This document shows, piece by piece, positions 22,857 to 31,344 of a stretch of 64,000 nt of DNA (position 1 is its first letter; every line of letters begins with the position of its first letter). The notes beneath the pieces were generated by a model that did no database searches, was not told the origin of the DNA, and was given only the letters and a program-made list of their open reading frames with translations. The position numbers were made by a program, and so were the translations under genes. Source of the stretch: Escherichia coli (GTDB lineage Bacteria > Pseudomonadota > Gammaproteobacteria > Enterobacterales > Enterobacteriaceae); NCBI RefSeq assembly GCF_009931435.1, contig NZ_CP043414.1, one strand, 5' to 3'.

Positions 22857-23279
22857 TCACTTCAATAAATACTGAGAATCCCCCTGATAAAACGACAATA
22901 TGCGCTGCATAACTTCGCTTTTACGGCACTCACTACAAATTATATTATGATGCCTGTCGTAGCGACGTATTTCTCCATCAGGTAATGACCAGATAAGGTC
23001 CGGATCAACCGCAGATGGTTTCTTCAGCTTTGCCCTTGAGAGCTTTTTACGGGCATTTTGCCAGTCCTTACGCGCCTGTTCAGACGGGAATAACCCGTAA
23101 CCAGAGTTGTATACATCGCCACTGGCAACCAGCTCTCTGGCCAGAACGCTCATCAGATATCTTGTTGCCCCAGTTTTAGCTTCCAGTTGTCGTAACGTCT
23201 CTCGCCCGCTCTGGCGTACGAGATCAACAATCTGCCCTTTAATTTTTTCCCGCTCTTCCTGTGTAAATACTTTTGCCAT
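22857..23279 (-). CDS. Hypothetical protein (nin-region)
   Basis: ORF with start set at internal Met (MAKVFTQEE...); unrecognised. Confidence 0.35.
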   Translation of the reverse strand: MAKVFTQEEREKIKGQIVDLVRQSGRETLRQLEAKTGATRYLMSVLARELVASGDVYNSGYGLFPSEQARKDWQNARKKLSRAKLKKPSAVDPDLIWSLPDGEIRRYDRHHNIICSECRKSEVMQRILSFYQGDSQYLLK

Positions 23280-23295
23280 AAGCCCTCCCCTGGAA

Positions 23296-24114
23296 TCACT
23301 TTTCCGACACAATACGACTGGAGGAATCGACAATCTGTCGGACAATATCCCGGTGCTTGTTCAGCTCCCGCAGCGCGGCGCAGACTCGCTCCCACTTCTG
23401 GACATGACTTTTCGCCCGGCGAAGTTCGCGGCTTGCCATATGCAGCGATGGTAAAATCAGGCCATTCGCTCGCGTTTCGGTGAACGATGGCAACGACTGC
23501 ACAATGTCCCCCACAGTATCTGTTTTAATTTCTTCCTGTGTTGCCGCTTCCTGTACTGGTAACGCAACACCGGCTGACTGAGAAAAGGCTTTACCAGGTG
23601 TTTTCGCTACCGATACAACTTTCGGCTCTGCTGGTAAATTTTCCCCGGTTTCTTTTACCAGCATCCACTTACACCCCTTCCCCTGTCCCAGCTTAATCGC
23701 CATGCCATCGCGGCAAAGCTTTTCCATCGCAGAAACCAGCGACCTGACGCAATCAGCACGCCCCACAGCAATTGCAATCTCAGCGGTGGTCATTGCCCCA
23801 CTATGAGCAAGTGTGGACAGGATTTCGCAGCGTTTCAGTGGCTCACGCTCTTTTCTACTGACCACCGGATGGGATTTTCTTTCCACTTTACACACCGTTA
23901 CTTTTTTTTCTTTCACGCCCGTTTGTCGTTCTGAAACAGACCAGTAACCATTAACCGACACAACTTCTCCCAGCTCTTCGTACTCCCTCAGCATTTTAAT
24001 CGCCTCTGCAGGTTCAATGCCCAAACTGGCAGCAAGCTCGGTGCACGTCACCTTTTGCATCGCTTTTAACGTATCAATCAACGTTTCCATCAAAATTTCT
24101 CCCGTTAAAATCAT
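23296..24114 (-). CDS. Hypothetical early protein in the P/helicase-loader position (no Walker A; winged-helix-like repeats)
   Basis: 272-aa ORF downstream of the replication-initiator-like gene; no P-loop seen, so not DnaC-like. Confidence 0.35.
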   Translation of the reverse strand: MILTGEILMETLIDTLKAMQKVTCTELAASLGIEPAEAIKMLREYEELGEVVSVNGYWSVSERQTGVKEKKVTVCKVERKSHPVVSRKEREPLKRCEILSTLAHSGAMTTAEIAIAVGRADCVRSLVSAMEKLCRDGMAIKLGQGKGCKWMLVKETGENLPAEPKVVSVAKTPGKAFSQSAGVALPVQEAATQEEIKTDTVGDIVQSLPSFTETRANGLILPSLHMASRELRRAKSHVQKWERVCAALRELNKHRDIVRQIVDSSSRIVSEK

Positions 24115-24134
24115 TTACCAATCTCAAACCAAAC

Positions 24135-25097
24135 TTATCCCCTGAACCCTGGCGGAATTTCGGTGTCCGGTTCAGAAATATGATTCACACAACGCTGTAC
24201 AGGCGAACGCCCCAGACGGATAACCAGCTCATCCCATTTATCGCGAAGTTTTGACGGACTCATGATGTTTTTTACCCAGAATGGATCCCGCTGTACCCGA
24301 CCAAACATTTCGCAGATTTGTCTGTGAGTTCTGCCATCCAGCATCCGCATTATGCGCACGTCATTGGCCCATGCTGTCCAGTTGGGTTCTTTCGGTCGGG
24401 TGATCTCGCCATCATCGCTGGCGGCCTGTTCGTAAAGACTCACGATTCGCCCCCAGATCCACTGTGCGCATGCCAAATCCTCCTGATTTCCCCACTGACG
24501 TTTTTTTGCACTAAACACAATCGCATCAGGATGTCGGGTTAAAAAGTCCTGTTCAGCCGTCTGCGGGTCCGGTTGCGAAGCTTCCGGACGAAAAGATCTT
24601 TTATCTGACGGATCAGGTTTTAATACTGACGGATCGGGGCCAACCATCGCCCCCCTAACCGGCTGTTTTTTACAAACGGTTGATCCATCAAAATTTGACG
24701 GGTCAATCGTTGAGGGGGCAATATTTGACTGGTCAACTGTTAACGGGTCATTTTTTGCCGGGCTAATTTTTCTTTTCGGTTTATATGCCTCACGCGCCGC
24801 CTCAGCTGCTGCTTCGAGTTTTTCCACATTAAGGCGGTAGATATTGCTTTCATTACGCCCACCGACCTTACGCTCCTCCTTCGTCAGCCAGCCGTTCTTT
24901 TCCAGTTCCGCTATCGCCGCTTTAACCGTTGATTCACTCTTTGCCCCAATCTGACGACGAATGGTCTCCACTGCAGGCCATGACACACCTTCGTCATTGC
25001 TGTAGTCTGCAAGGCGAGCCATTACTGCCACCCTGGATAAGATCATGCCGGTGAAGGCGCACCCTTCCCAGACAAGACCATGAAGCTTGCTGCTCAT
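24135..25097 (-). CDS. Putative replication initiation protein (O-like position, N-terminal HTH/winged-helix)
   Basis: 320 aa; N-terminal ...LADYSNDEGVSWPAVETIRRQIGAKSESTVKAAIAELEKNGWL... resembles replisome-organiser HTH domains; position after the cro/cII-like genes. Confidence 0.5.
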   Translation of the reverse strand: MSSKLHGLVWEGCAFTGMILSRVAVMARLADYSNDEGVSWPAVETIRRQIGAKSESTVKAAIAELEKNGWLTKEERKVGGRNESNIYRLNVEKLEAAAEAAREAYKPKRKISPAKNDPLTVDQSNIAPSTIDPSNFDGSTVCKKQPVRGAMVGPDPSVLKPDPSDKRSFRPEASQPDPQTAEQDFLTRHPDAIVFSAKKRQWGNQEDLACAQWIWGRIVSLYEQAASDDGEITRPKEPNWTAWANDVRIMRMLDGRTHRQICEMFGRVQRDPFWVKNIMSPSKLRDKWDELVIRLGRSPVQRCVNHISEPDTEIPPGFRG

Positions 25098-25120
25098 AAA
25101 AAACCCCGAACACCGTGCTT

Positions 25121-25546
25121 TTAGTGCATCACCACAGCATTTCCTGCCGGGCCACCACGATTCATCTGATTGAAACCGGCGATTGCCACTGCGACAAAAT
25201 CATCAGCGTCTCTCACCAGTCGTTCCCGCGTCTCCACCAACTCCCGAAAATAGACTGAACTGTGGCTGCGCATCCGGGCCACCAGCAGAGGTGGCATTGC
25301 TTTTTCGATCGCTGGTAACAACGCCTGAATTTTTTCAACCGCATCAGTAGTGTCTTTCTCCACCCAGCGGAAAATTTTCTGGGTATTACGAGCCAGGGCT
25401 TCTGGATGGCTGTCGTCGTACAGTTCCGGGGACGTCATTCCCAGTTCGAAATAAGCCCTGGTTATCTTGGCCGCCGGAACTTTTTCACCATCCGGACGCG
25501 CCCAAGCATTCATAGCCATGCGGATGTGTTCATGCTTGATTTTCAT
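25121..25546 (-). CDS. ydaT: YdaT-like protein (Rac-type, CII-position)
   Basis: 141 aa starting MKIKHEHI..., as recalled for Rac YdaT; follows the cro-like gene. Confidence 0.55.
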   Translation of the reverse strand: MKIKHEHIRMAMNAWARPDGEKVPAAKITRAYFELGMTSPELYDDSHPEALARNTQKIFRWVEKDTTDAVEKIQALLPAIEKAMPPLLVARMRSHSSVYFRELVETRERLVRDADDFVAVAIAGFNQMNRGGPAGNAVVMH

Positions 25547-25770
25547 GAATCATTCTTTCCTTCGTTCAAGGTGTTATCCTTCTTTTTGTAAAGTTCTGGG
25601 TTCAAAGATAATTTTCCCTTGGAGTATGCGGCAGCTTCCGCGGCCCTCCCCTTGGGAACTATTTCACCAGGACGTTTGCGCCACATGTATATAGCTTCAC
25701 GGGTTATCCCATAAAAATCGGCAACTCTCTGAACAGAGCCAAAAAACTGGACAAGTTCATCAACTCGCAT
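25543..25770 (-). CDS. Cro/YdaS-like HTH regulator
   Basis: 75-aa ORF divergent from the CI-like repressor across an operator-containing spacer. Confidence 0.6.
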   Translation of the reverse strand: MRVDELVQFFGSVQRVADFYGITREAIYMWRKRPGEIVPKGRAAEAAAYSKGKLSLNPELYKKKDNTLNEGKNDS

Positions 25771-25779
25771 TTCACCCTC

Positions 25780-25830
25780 CTAAAACTAAGTATTTTTAGA
25801 TTAAAGGATAATTTTTTTTAGGTCAATGCA
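25780..25830. promoter_or_regulatory. Right operator/promoter region between cro-like and cI-like genes (palindromes built on CTAAAA/TTTTAG)
   Basis: CTAAAACTAAGTATTTTTAG and TTTTAGgtcaatgcaatCTAAAA in a 92-bp divergent intergenic spacer. Confidence 0.5.
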
Positions 25831-25862
25831 ATCTAAAATAATTTATATTCAATTCACGGGAG

Positions 25863-26513
25863 ATGATGATGGAAAGCCTTGGCATTAGGCTTAAGAGACT
25901 CAGAAAAGACAAGGGACTGACCCAAGTCGAACTGGGCAAGCTTTCTGGCGTAACAGGGGTAACTATAGGGTACTGGGAGAAAGACCTAAACGAACCCGGT
26001 AGCAAAGCTCTTAGTAAATTAGCCCAAGCACTAGGAACTACTGAGTCCTATCTCCTATATGGAGTATCGTCTACTGAACCTACCCTTGTGCAGAACAATT
26101 CAGGCACCCAAATCCCCTATCTTTCATGGGGGGAAGCAATTTCTTTCCTAATTTTAGAAGGAGAGAAAACTATGGGAAATGCCGACAGAATCACCACATT
26201 CTTTGACGTCAAGGAGGGGGATTTTGCCGTTTCAATGCCTGATGACACTATGCACAACCCATCAGGGTCGCCAAGCATTCCGGTTGGTGCCACAGTGATC
26301 ATGAGGCCTAGAGAAAAATATAAAAATGGTAGTATCGTCGCTGTAATAGTCCCAGATCCGCTTACAAACGAACCATCTATGACTATAAAAAAATTAGTCA
26401 TCGACGGAAAACTCGTGTATTTAAGCCCCCTCAATCCTCGCTATCAATCGTCCTTACTGACACCTGAATGTAAAATTGTTGCTGTAGCAAAAGGTGTGCA
26501 GTTCAGCCTATAG
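25863..26513 (+). CDS. cI: CI-like repressor (N-terminal HTH plus C-terminal S24 LexA-like autopeptidase domain)
   Basis: 216 aa; LTQVELGKLSGVTGVTIGYWEK (HTH) and C-terminal VIMRP...GSIVAVIV...KKLVIDGKLVYLSPLNP; divergent from the cro-like gene. Confidence 0.85.
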   Translation: MMMESLGIRLKRLRKDKGLTQVELGKLSGVTGVTIGYWEKDLNEPGSKALSKLAQALGTTESYLLYGVSSTEPTLVQNNSGTQIPYLSWGEAISFLILEGEKTMGNADRITTFFDVKEGDFAVSMPDDTMHNPSGSPSIPVGATVIMRPREKYKNGSIVAVIVPDPLTNEPSMTIKKLVIDGKLVYLSPLNPRYQSSLLTPECKIVAVAKGVQFSL

Positions 26514-26536
26514 CTTCCACTTTGTTTTTCAATCAG

Positions 26537-26560
26537 AGGTCGGCTTTGTCGACCTTTTTT
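26537..26560 (+). terminator. Rho-independent terminator after cI-like gene (aggtcg...cgacct plus T6)
   Basis: Inverted repeat followed by TTTTTT. Confidence 0.55.
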
Positions 26561-26577
26561 AAATATATCTAGATCAC

Positions 26578-26611
26578 ACTTGACTATAAAACTAAATAGA
26601 TTTAGTTTTAT
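26578..26611 (+). promoter_or_regulatory. Putative left operator/promoter (pL/oL-like): -35 TTGACT overlapping the palindrome ATAAAACTAAAT-AG-ATTTAGTTTTAT
   Basis: 12-bp perfect inverted arms sharing the TAAAACTAA half-site with the right operator. Confidence 0.5.
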
Positions 26612-26786
26612 GGTATACCACCTCACCCCGCCCCACAGAACGCAGGGCAATACTTCGAGTTACCAGGCAGTGGTCAGGGGTTAAGTAGCCAGCCCGAGGC
26701 GTAAGAACATGACGGCAGGGTTCAACTTTAACTATGCAGCAGGTTTTTGTTCCGCTCCCCCGGCGTTAAGGGGAAATGAGGTCAAC

Positions 26787-26939
26787 ATGGATACTATCGA
26801 TCTTGGCAACAGTGAATCTCTGGTATGCGGCGTGTTTCCCAACCAGGACGGTACGTTCACCGCGATAACGTATACCAAAAGCAAAACGTTTAAAACCGAA
26901 ACTGGCGCGCATCGCTGGTTAGCCAGAAACACTGACTGA
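26787..26939 (+). CDS. Small early-left protein (hypothetical)
   Basis: ATG preceded by GAGG RBS (MDTIDLGNSESLV...); first ORF after the putative pL. Confidence 0.3.
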   Translation: MDTIDLGNSESLVCGVFPNQDGTFTAITYTKSKTFKTETGAHRWLARNTD

Positions 26940-26950
26940 TGAGGTTGACT

Positions 26951-27340
26951 ATGGAATTTAAAGAGTTACCAAAAGAAATCCAAGAAATTGCAGCACATAC
27001 ACTTCGTCAACGTCTGAACGAAGTTGCATTAGAAGCTGAAACGAAAAAAGACATTGATAATATGGCTCGTAATGTGCGCGATGCGTTTACCGGACTGTAT
27101 TCTGTTTCTGTTGAGGACAATAACATTCCTGACGAACAGGAAGAGAGTACAGACCCCCACAAATTCTGGAAATCTGTAGAGGTCATTGCAAAAGCCAAAC
27201 TACTGGAACTTAACAACTTATATCATCGTGAGAATGATGGTCGTCAATCTTTGCATCATCAGGGAGTCGCCACCCTGATAGCTCTAACGAAAGAGCAAGG
27301 CGAATATCATCCAGTGGCATTAAACGACACTGTGAAATAG
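26951..27340 (+). CDS. Hypothetical early-left protein
   Basis: 130-aa acidic ORF; unrecognised. Overlapped by a minus-strand ORF (27210-27587) that I consider less likely. Confidence 0.35.
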   Translation: MEFKELPKEIQEIAAHTLRQRLNEVALEAETKKDIDNMARNVRDAFTGLYSVSVEDNNIPDEQEESTDPHKFWKSVEVIAKAKLLELNNLYHRENDGRQSLHHQGVATLIALTKEQGEYHPVALNDTVK

Positions 27341-27906
27341 TCCATCCATGTTTACGGGATAGATAAAGATATATCGCTTCGAAACCATCGACATGGTTTG
27401 GATAGCCTTCCTCAGCAGCAAGGTTATCCCCAAAACATTCAAGAATATAATTTAAACGCGCTGTTTCATAATGAATCTTCCAGCGAGTCTGATTTAGTTT
27501 GCTGACCATTTTAATTTTATCCTCCATTGAGGTTACTGGTTGAGAATGGAGACCACACGTGACAGCGCGTGGTCGTGCGCCGGACACGGATAAGAATCCG
27601 GCACAAACAGTTTACTGAAAGGATATATCCCTGAAAAGTCAGGGCATAACGCGAAAGCGCACGGCGAAGTCATTCCTCCCTTTGTTGTGTACCACTGACA
27701 TCTTCGTCTGTGCGCTTCCGGTTGTGGCAATCCGCGAAATGGCGCGGCGGTAAGTATGGCGGGGTTATTCCTTCCCCGTTGAGGACACCGGGTTGTCAGG
27801 TTGACCATACGCTTAAGTGACAACCCCGCTGCAACAACCCATGTTGATTACCTTTTGGCGGGTATCCGTTTTTTGTTTTCCCTTGTGATACCCGCCCTTT
27901 TTAAAG

Positions 27907-28068
27907 TGAATTTTGTGATGCGGTGAATGCGGCTCAGCGCACGCGGAACAGTTAAAAAGGCCAGTTGACTTCCGTATTGGTTCTTATGGGTGGGTTCTCT
28001 GTATCCGGCGTTAATTATTAACTGGTTAACGTCACCTGGAGGCACCAGGCACCGCATCACAAAATTCA
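27907..28068. repeat. 19-bp perfect inverted repeat pair (TGAATTTTGTGATGCGGTG / CACCGCATCACAAAATTCA) flanking ~125 bp
   Basis: Arms at 27907-27925 and 28050-28068, read directly; the right arm ends ~18 bp before the next ORF start. Confidence 0.6.
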
Positions 28069-28085
28069 TTGTTGAGGATGCGATA

Positions 28086-28268
28086 ATGGAAACGTTATTA
28101 CCAAACGTCAATACGTCTGAAGGTTGTTTTGAAATTGGTGTCAGAATCAGTAACCCTGTATTTACTGAAGATGCCATTAATAAGAGAAAACACGAACGGG
28201 AGCTATTAAATCAAATATGCATTGTTTCAATGCTGGCCCGTTTACGCCTGATGCAAAAAGGACGATGA
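28086..28268 (+). CDS. Small hypothetical early protein
   Basis: METLLPNVNTSEGCFEIG...; 60 aa. Confidence 0.3.
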   Translation: METLLPNVNTSEGCFEIGVRISNPVFTEDAINKRKHERELLNQICIVSMLARLRLMQKGR

Positions 28269-28474
28269 CAATGAATACAGTATTTGCACTCGTTCTGACG
28301 GTTTTTCTTAATACAGGCGAGCCAGTCGATCTTGTTATTGGTATACATGACTCAATGAAAGAATGCATGGCTGCCGCAGCGGAACAGAAAATTCCCGGCA
28401 ACTGTTATCCGGTTGATAAAGTTATTCGCATGGACAATAACGAAATCCCGGCAGGACTTAAAACAGCGCCGTAA
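28265..28474 (+). CDS. Small hypothetical protein with hydrophobic N-terminus (possible secreted/membrane)
   Basis: MTMNTVFALVLTVFLNTGEP...; RBS-like AAGGA upstream. Confidence 0.35.
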   Translation: MTMNTVFALVLTVFLNTGEPVDLVIGIHDSMKECMAAAAEQKIPGNCYPVDKVIRMDNNEIPAGLKTAP

Positions 28475-28554
28475 TTAATATCCGGTTTCATTTTTATATG
28501 CCAGCAATGGCAGGGATTTGTTCACCCTTAAATCTGTAATGAGGTTAAAACAAA

Positions 28555-31026
28555 ATGAGTAAAGTCTTTATTTGCGCCGCCATTCCGGACGAACAGGCAA
28601 TAAAGGAAGAAGGTGCAGTCGCTGTAGCCACTGCCATTGAAGCCGGCGACGAACGCCGCGCCCGAGCCAAATTTACCTGGCAATTCCTGGAGCAATATCC
28701 GGCTGCTCAGGACTGCGCTTATAAATTTCTTGTTTGCGAGGATAAACCCGGCATGCCCCGCCCTGCCATCGACTCCTGGGATACCGAATATATGCAGGAA
28801 AACTGCTGGGATGAGGAATCCGCTTCCTTTATTCCGGTCGAACCAGAATCCGATCCGATGAACGTCAATTTTGACAAGCTGTCCCCTGAAGTACAGAACG
28901 CGGTCCTGGTTAAGTTCGACACATGTGAAAACATCACCGTTGATATGGTTATTAGCGCACAGGAATTGTTGCAGGAAGACATGGCAACATTCGACGGACA
29001 TATCGTTGAAGCGTTGATGAAAATGCCAGAAGTTAACGCCATGTATCCGGAGCTTAAGTTGCACGCCATTGGGTGGGTTAAGCATAAATGTATTCCTGGT
29101 GCTAAATGGCCCGAAATTCAGGCAGAGATGCGCATCTGGAAAAAACGTCGCGAAGGTGAACGCAAGGAAACCGGAAAATACACGTCTGTTGTTGATCTCG
29201 CCCGCGCCAGAGCCAATCAACAGTACACTGACAATTCAACAGGAAAAATCAGCCCGGTCATTGCTGCCACTCATCGCGAATACAAGCAGACATGGAAAAC
29301 ACTGGATGACGAACTGGCCTACGCTCTCTGGCCTGGTGATGTGGATGCCGGAAACATTGACGGCAGCATCCATCGCTGGGCAAAAAATGAAGTTATCGAC
29401 AACGACCGCGAAGACTGGAAGCGTATCTCGGCATCAATGCGCAAACAGCCTGATGCCCTTCGCTACGACCGCCAGACTATTTTTGGCCTTGTCCGTGAAC
29501 GTCCGATCGACATTCACAAAGACCCTGTGGCACTGAACAAATACATTACTGAATACCTGACTACAAAGGGCGTGTTTGAAGATGAAGGAAGAAATCAGAG
29601 CGCAACTGATACTCTCTCGTCACCAGTACCAGAAACTGATGCAGTGGAAACGGCAATTCCGGACAACGAAAAAACCGAATGCAAAGTGGAAGTCGAACCA
29701 TCTGTAGAGCGTGAGGGGCCGTTCTACTTCCTCTTCACCGACAAGGATGGCGAAAAATATGGTCGCGCAAACAAACTTTCTGGTCTGAATAAGGCGCTGA
29801 CTGCAGGGGCTACTGAAATCACGAAAGAAGAATATTTTGCCCGTAAAAACGGTACATACTCAGGTTCACAACAAAATACTGGTGCATCTGACACGACCGC
29901 ACAACCAGAGCCGGTAAAAGTTACCGCTGACGAAGTAAACAAAATTATGCAGGCAGCCAATATCACCCAGCCTGACGCCGATAAGTTGCTTGCTGTATCA
30001 CGTGGTGAATTTGTTGAAGGGATTAGCGACCCGAATGATCCGAAATGGGTGAAGGGGATTGAAACCCGCGATTCAGTGAATCAGAACCAGCAAGAAACGG
30101 AACAGAACGACCAGAAAGCGGAACAAAACAGCCCAAATGCGTTACAAAACGAGCCAGAAACGAAACAACCTGAGCCAGTAGCGCAACAGGAAGCGGAAAA
30201 AGTCTGCACCGCCTGCGGTCAGACCGGCGGCGGCAACTGCCCTGATTGTGGTGCGGTGATGGGCGACGCAACATACCAAGAAACATTCGATGACAAGAAC
30301 CAGGTTGAAGTTCAGGAAGACGATTCGGAGAAAATGGAAGGCGCTGAACATCCACACAAAGAGAATGCTGGCAGCGCTCAGGATCACGCCAGCGATAGTG
30401 AAACTGGCGAGACGGCAGATCCCTTAATTACGGTGAACGGTCATCACGTTATCACATCCACCAGCAGGACGTGTGACCATCTAATGATCGACCTTGAAAC
30501 CATGGGAAAAAATCCTGATGCCCCGATTATCTCAATAGGTGCAATATTTTTCGATCCGCAAACCGGAGATATGGGACCGGAATTTAGTAAGACTATCGAT
30601 CTGGAAACTGCTGGCGGAGTCATTGATCGGGACACCATTAAATGGTGGCTTAAACAATCACGCGAAGCGCAATCTGCCATTATGACCGATGAAATCCCGT
30701 TAGATGATGCACTGTTACAATTGCGGGAATTTATCGACGAAAACTCCGGTGAATTTTTTGTTCAGGTCTGGGGAAATGGAGCCAACTTCGACAACACGAT
30801 TTTGCGCCGTTCATACGAACGGCAGGGGATCCCCTGCCCGTGGCGTTACTACAACGATCGCGATGTACGCACAATCGTTGAGCTGGGGAAAGCCATAGAC
30901 TTCGATGCCAGAACGGCTATTCCATTCGAAGGTGAGCGCCATAATGCACTTGATGACGCCCGTTACCAGGCAAAATACGTTTCAGCAATCTGGCAAAAAC
31001 TGATCCCGAATCCGGTTGATTTTTAA
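28555..31026 (+). CDS. Large prophage exonuclease: RecE-like N-terminal/central region fused to a C-terminal DEDDh (DnaQ-like) 3'-5' exonuclease domain
   Basis: 823 aa; central DADKLLAVSRGEFVEGISDPNDPKWVKGIETRD resembles recalled Rac RecE; C-terminal motifs MIDLETMG, NGANFD, HNALDDARY = DEDDh exo I-III; Cys cluster CTACGQ...CPDCG. Confidence 0.65.
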   Translation: MSKVFICAAIPDEQAIKEEGAVAVATAIEAGDERRARAKFTWQFLEQYPAAQDCAYKFLVCEDKPGMPRPAIDSWDTEYMQENCWDEESASFIPVEPESDPMNVNFDKLSPEVQNAVLVKFDTCENITVDMVISAQELLQEDMATFDGHIVEALMKMPEVNAMYPELKLHAIGWVKHKCIPGAKWPEIQAEMRIWKKRREGERKETGKYTSVVDLARARANQQYTDNSTGKISPVIAATHREYKQTWKTLDDELAYALWPGDVDAGNIDGSIHRWAKNEVIDNDREDWKRISASMRKQPDALRYDRQTIFGLVRERPIDIHKDPVALNKYITEYLTTKGVFEDEGRNQSATDTLSSPVPETDAVETAIPDNEKTECKVEVEPSVEREGPFYFLFTDKDGEKYGRANKLSGLNKALTAGATEITKEEYFARKNGTYSGSQQNTGASDTTAQPEPVKVTADEVNKIMQAANITQPDADKLLAVSRGEFVEGISDPNDPKWVKGIETRDSVNQNQQETEQNDQKAEQNSPNALQNEPETKQPEPVAQQEAEKVCTACGQTGGGNCPDCGAVMGDATYQETFDDKNQVEVQEDDSEKMEGAEHPHKENAGSAQDHASDSETGETADPLITVNGHHVITSTSRTCDHLMIDLETMGKNPDAPIISIGAIFFDPQTGDMGPEFSKTIDLETAGGVIDRDTIKWWLKQSREAQSAIMTDEIPLDDALLQLREFIDENSGEFFVQVWGNGANFDNTILRRSYERQGIPCPWRYYNDRDVRTIVELGKAIDFDARTAIPFEGERHNALDDARYQAKYVSAIWQKLIPNPVDF

Positions 31027-31092
31027 TGTTCAACCCTGATCGCCGTCCCCGAATTATATTGGCGGCGGTCATGCTGTAAGGCACGTGACCAC

Positions 31093-31344
31093 ATGTACGA
31101 ATTAACTCTATCGCCAGCAGAGATTCAAGAGATCACGAAATACGAGCGATACACAAAACAGCAACACCAGTTAAGGCTGCACGGTATCCCATTTGTAATC
31201 GGTCCTAAAAACGAACCAATAGTTCTTCGCAGGGATATTCCACACGGACTGACTACGATGCCAAAAGCACCTGAACTGGTTTCCGCTGAACCCGATTTTG
31301 AGGCGCTGAACAATGGGAAGACCAAGAAAAAACAAAAAAGATAA
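31093..31344 (+). CDS. xis: Putative excisionase/recombination directionality factor (by position and size)
   Basis: 83-aa basic ORF immediately upstream of, and overlapping, int. Confidence 0.45.
   Translation: MYELTLSPAEIQEITKYERYTKQQHQLRLHGIPFVIGPKNEPIVLRRDIPHGLTTMPKAPELVSAEPDFEALNNGKTKKKQKR

Noticed and set aside
27210-27587. 125-aa minus-strand ORF convergent with and overlapping the 130-aa plus-strand early ORF
   Set aside because: Lies against the direction of the early-left operon and overlaps a co-oriented ORF by ~130 nt; kept only as a possibility, not annotated.
28528-29220. 230-aa minus-strand ORF (plus several shorter ones) inside the large exonuclease gene
   Set aside because: Entirely antisense to a well-supported 823-aa gene with clear motifs; a shadow ORF.
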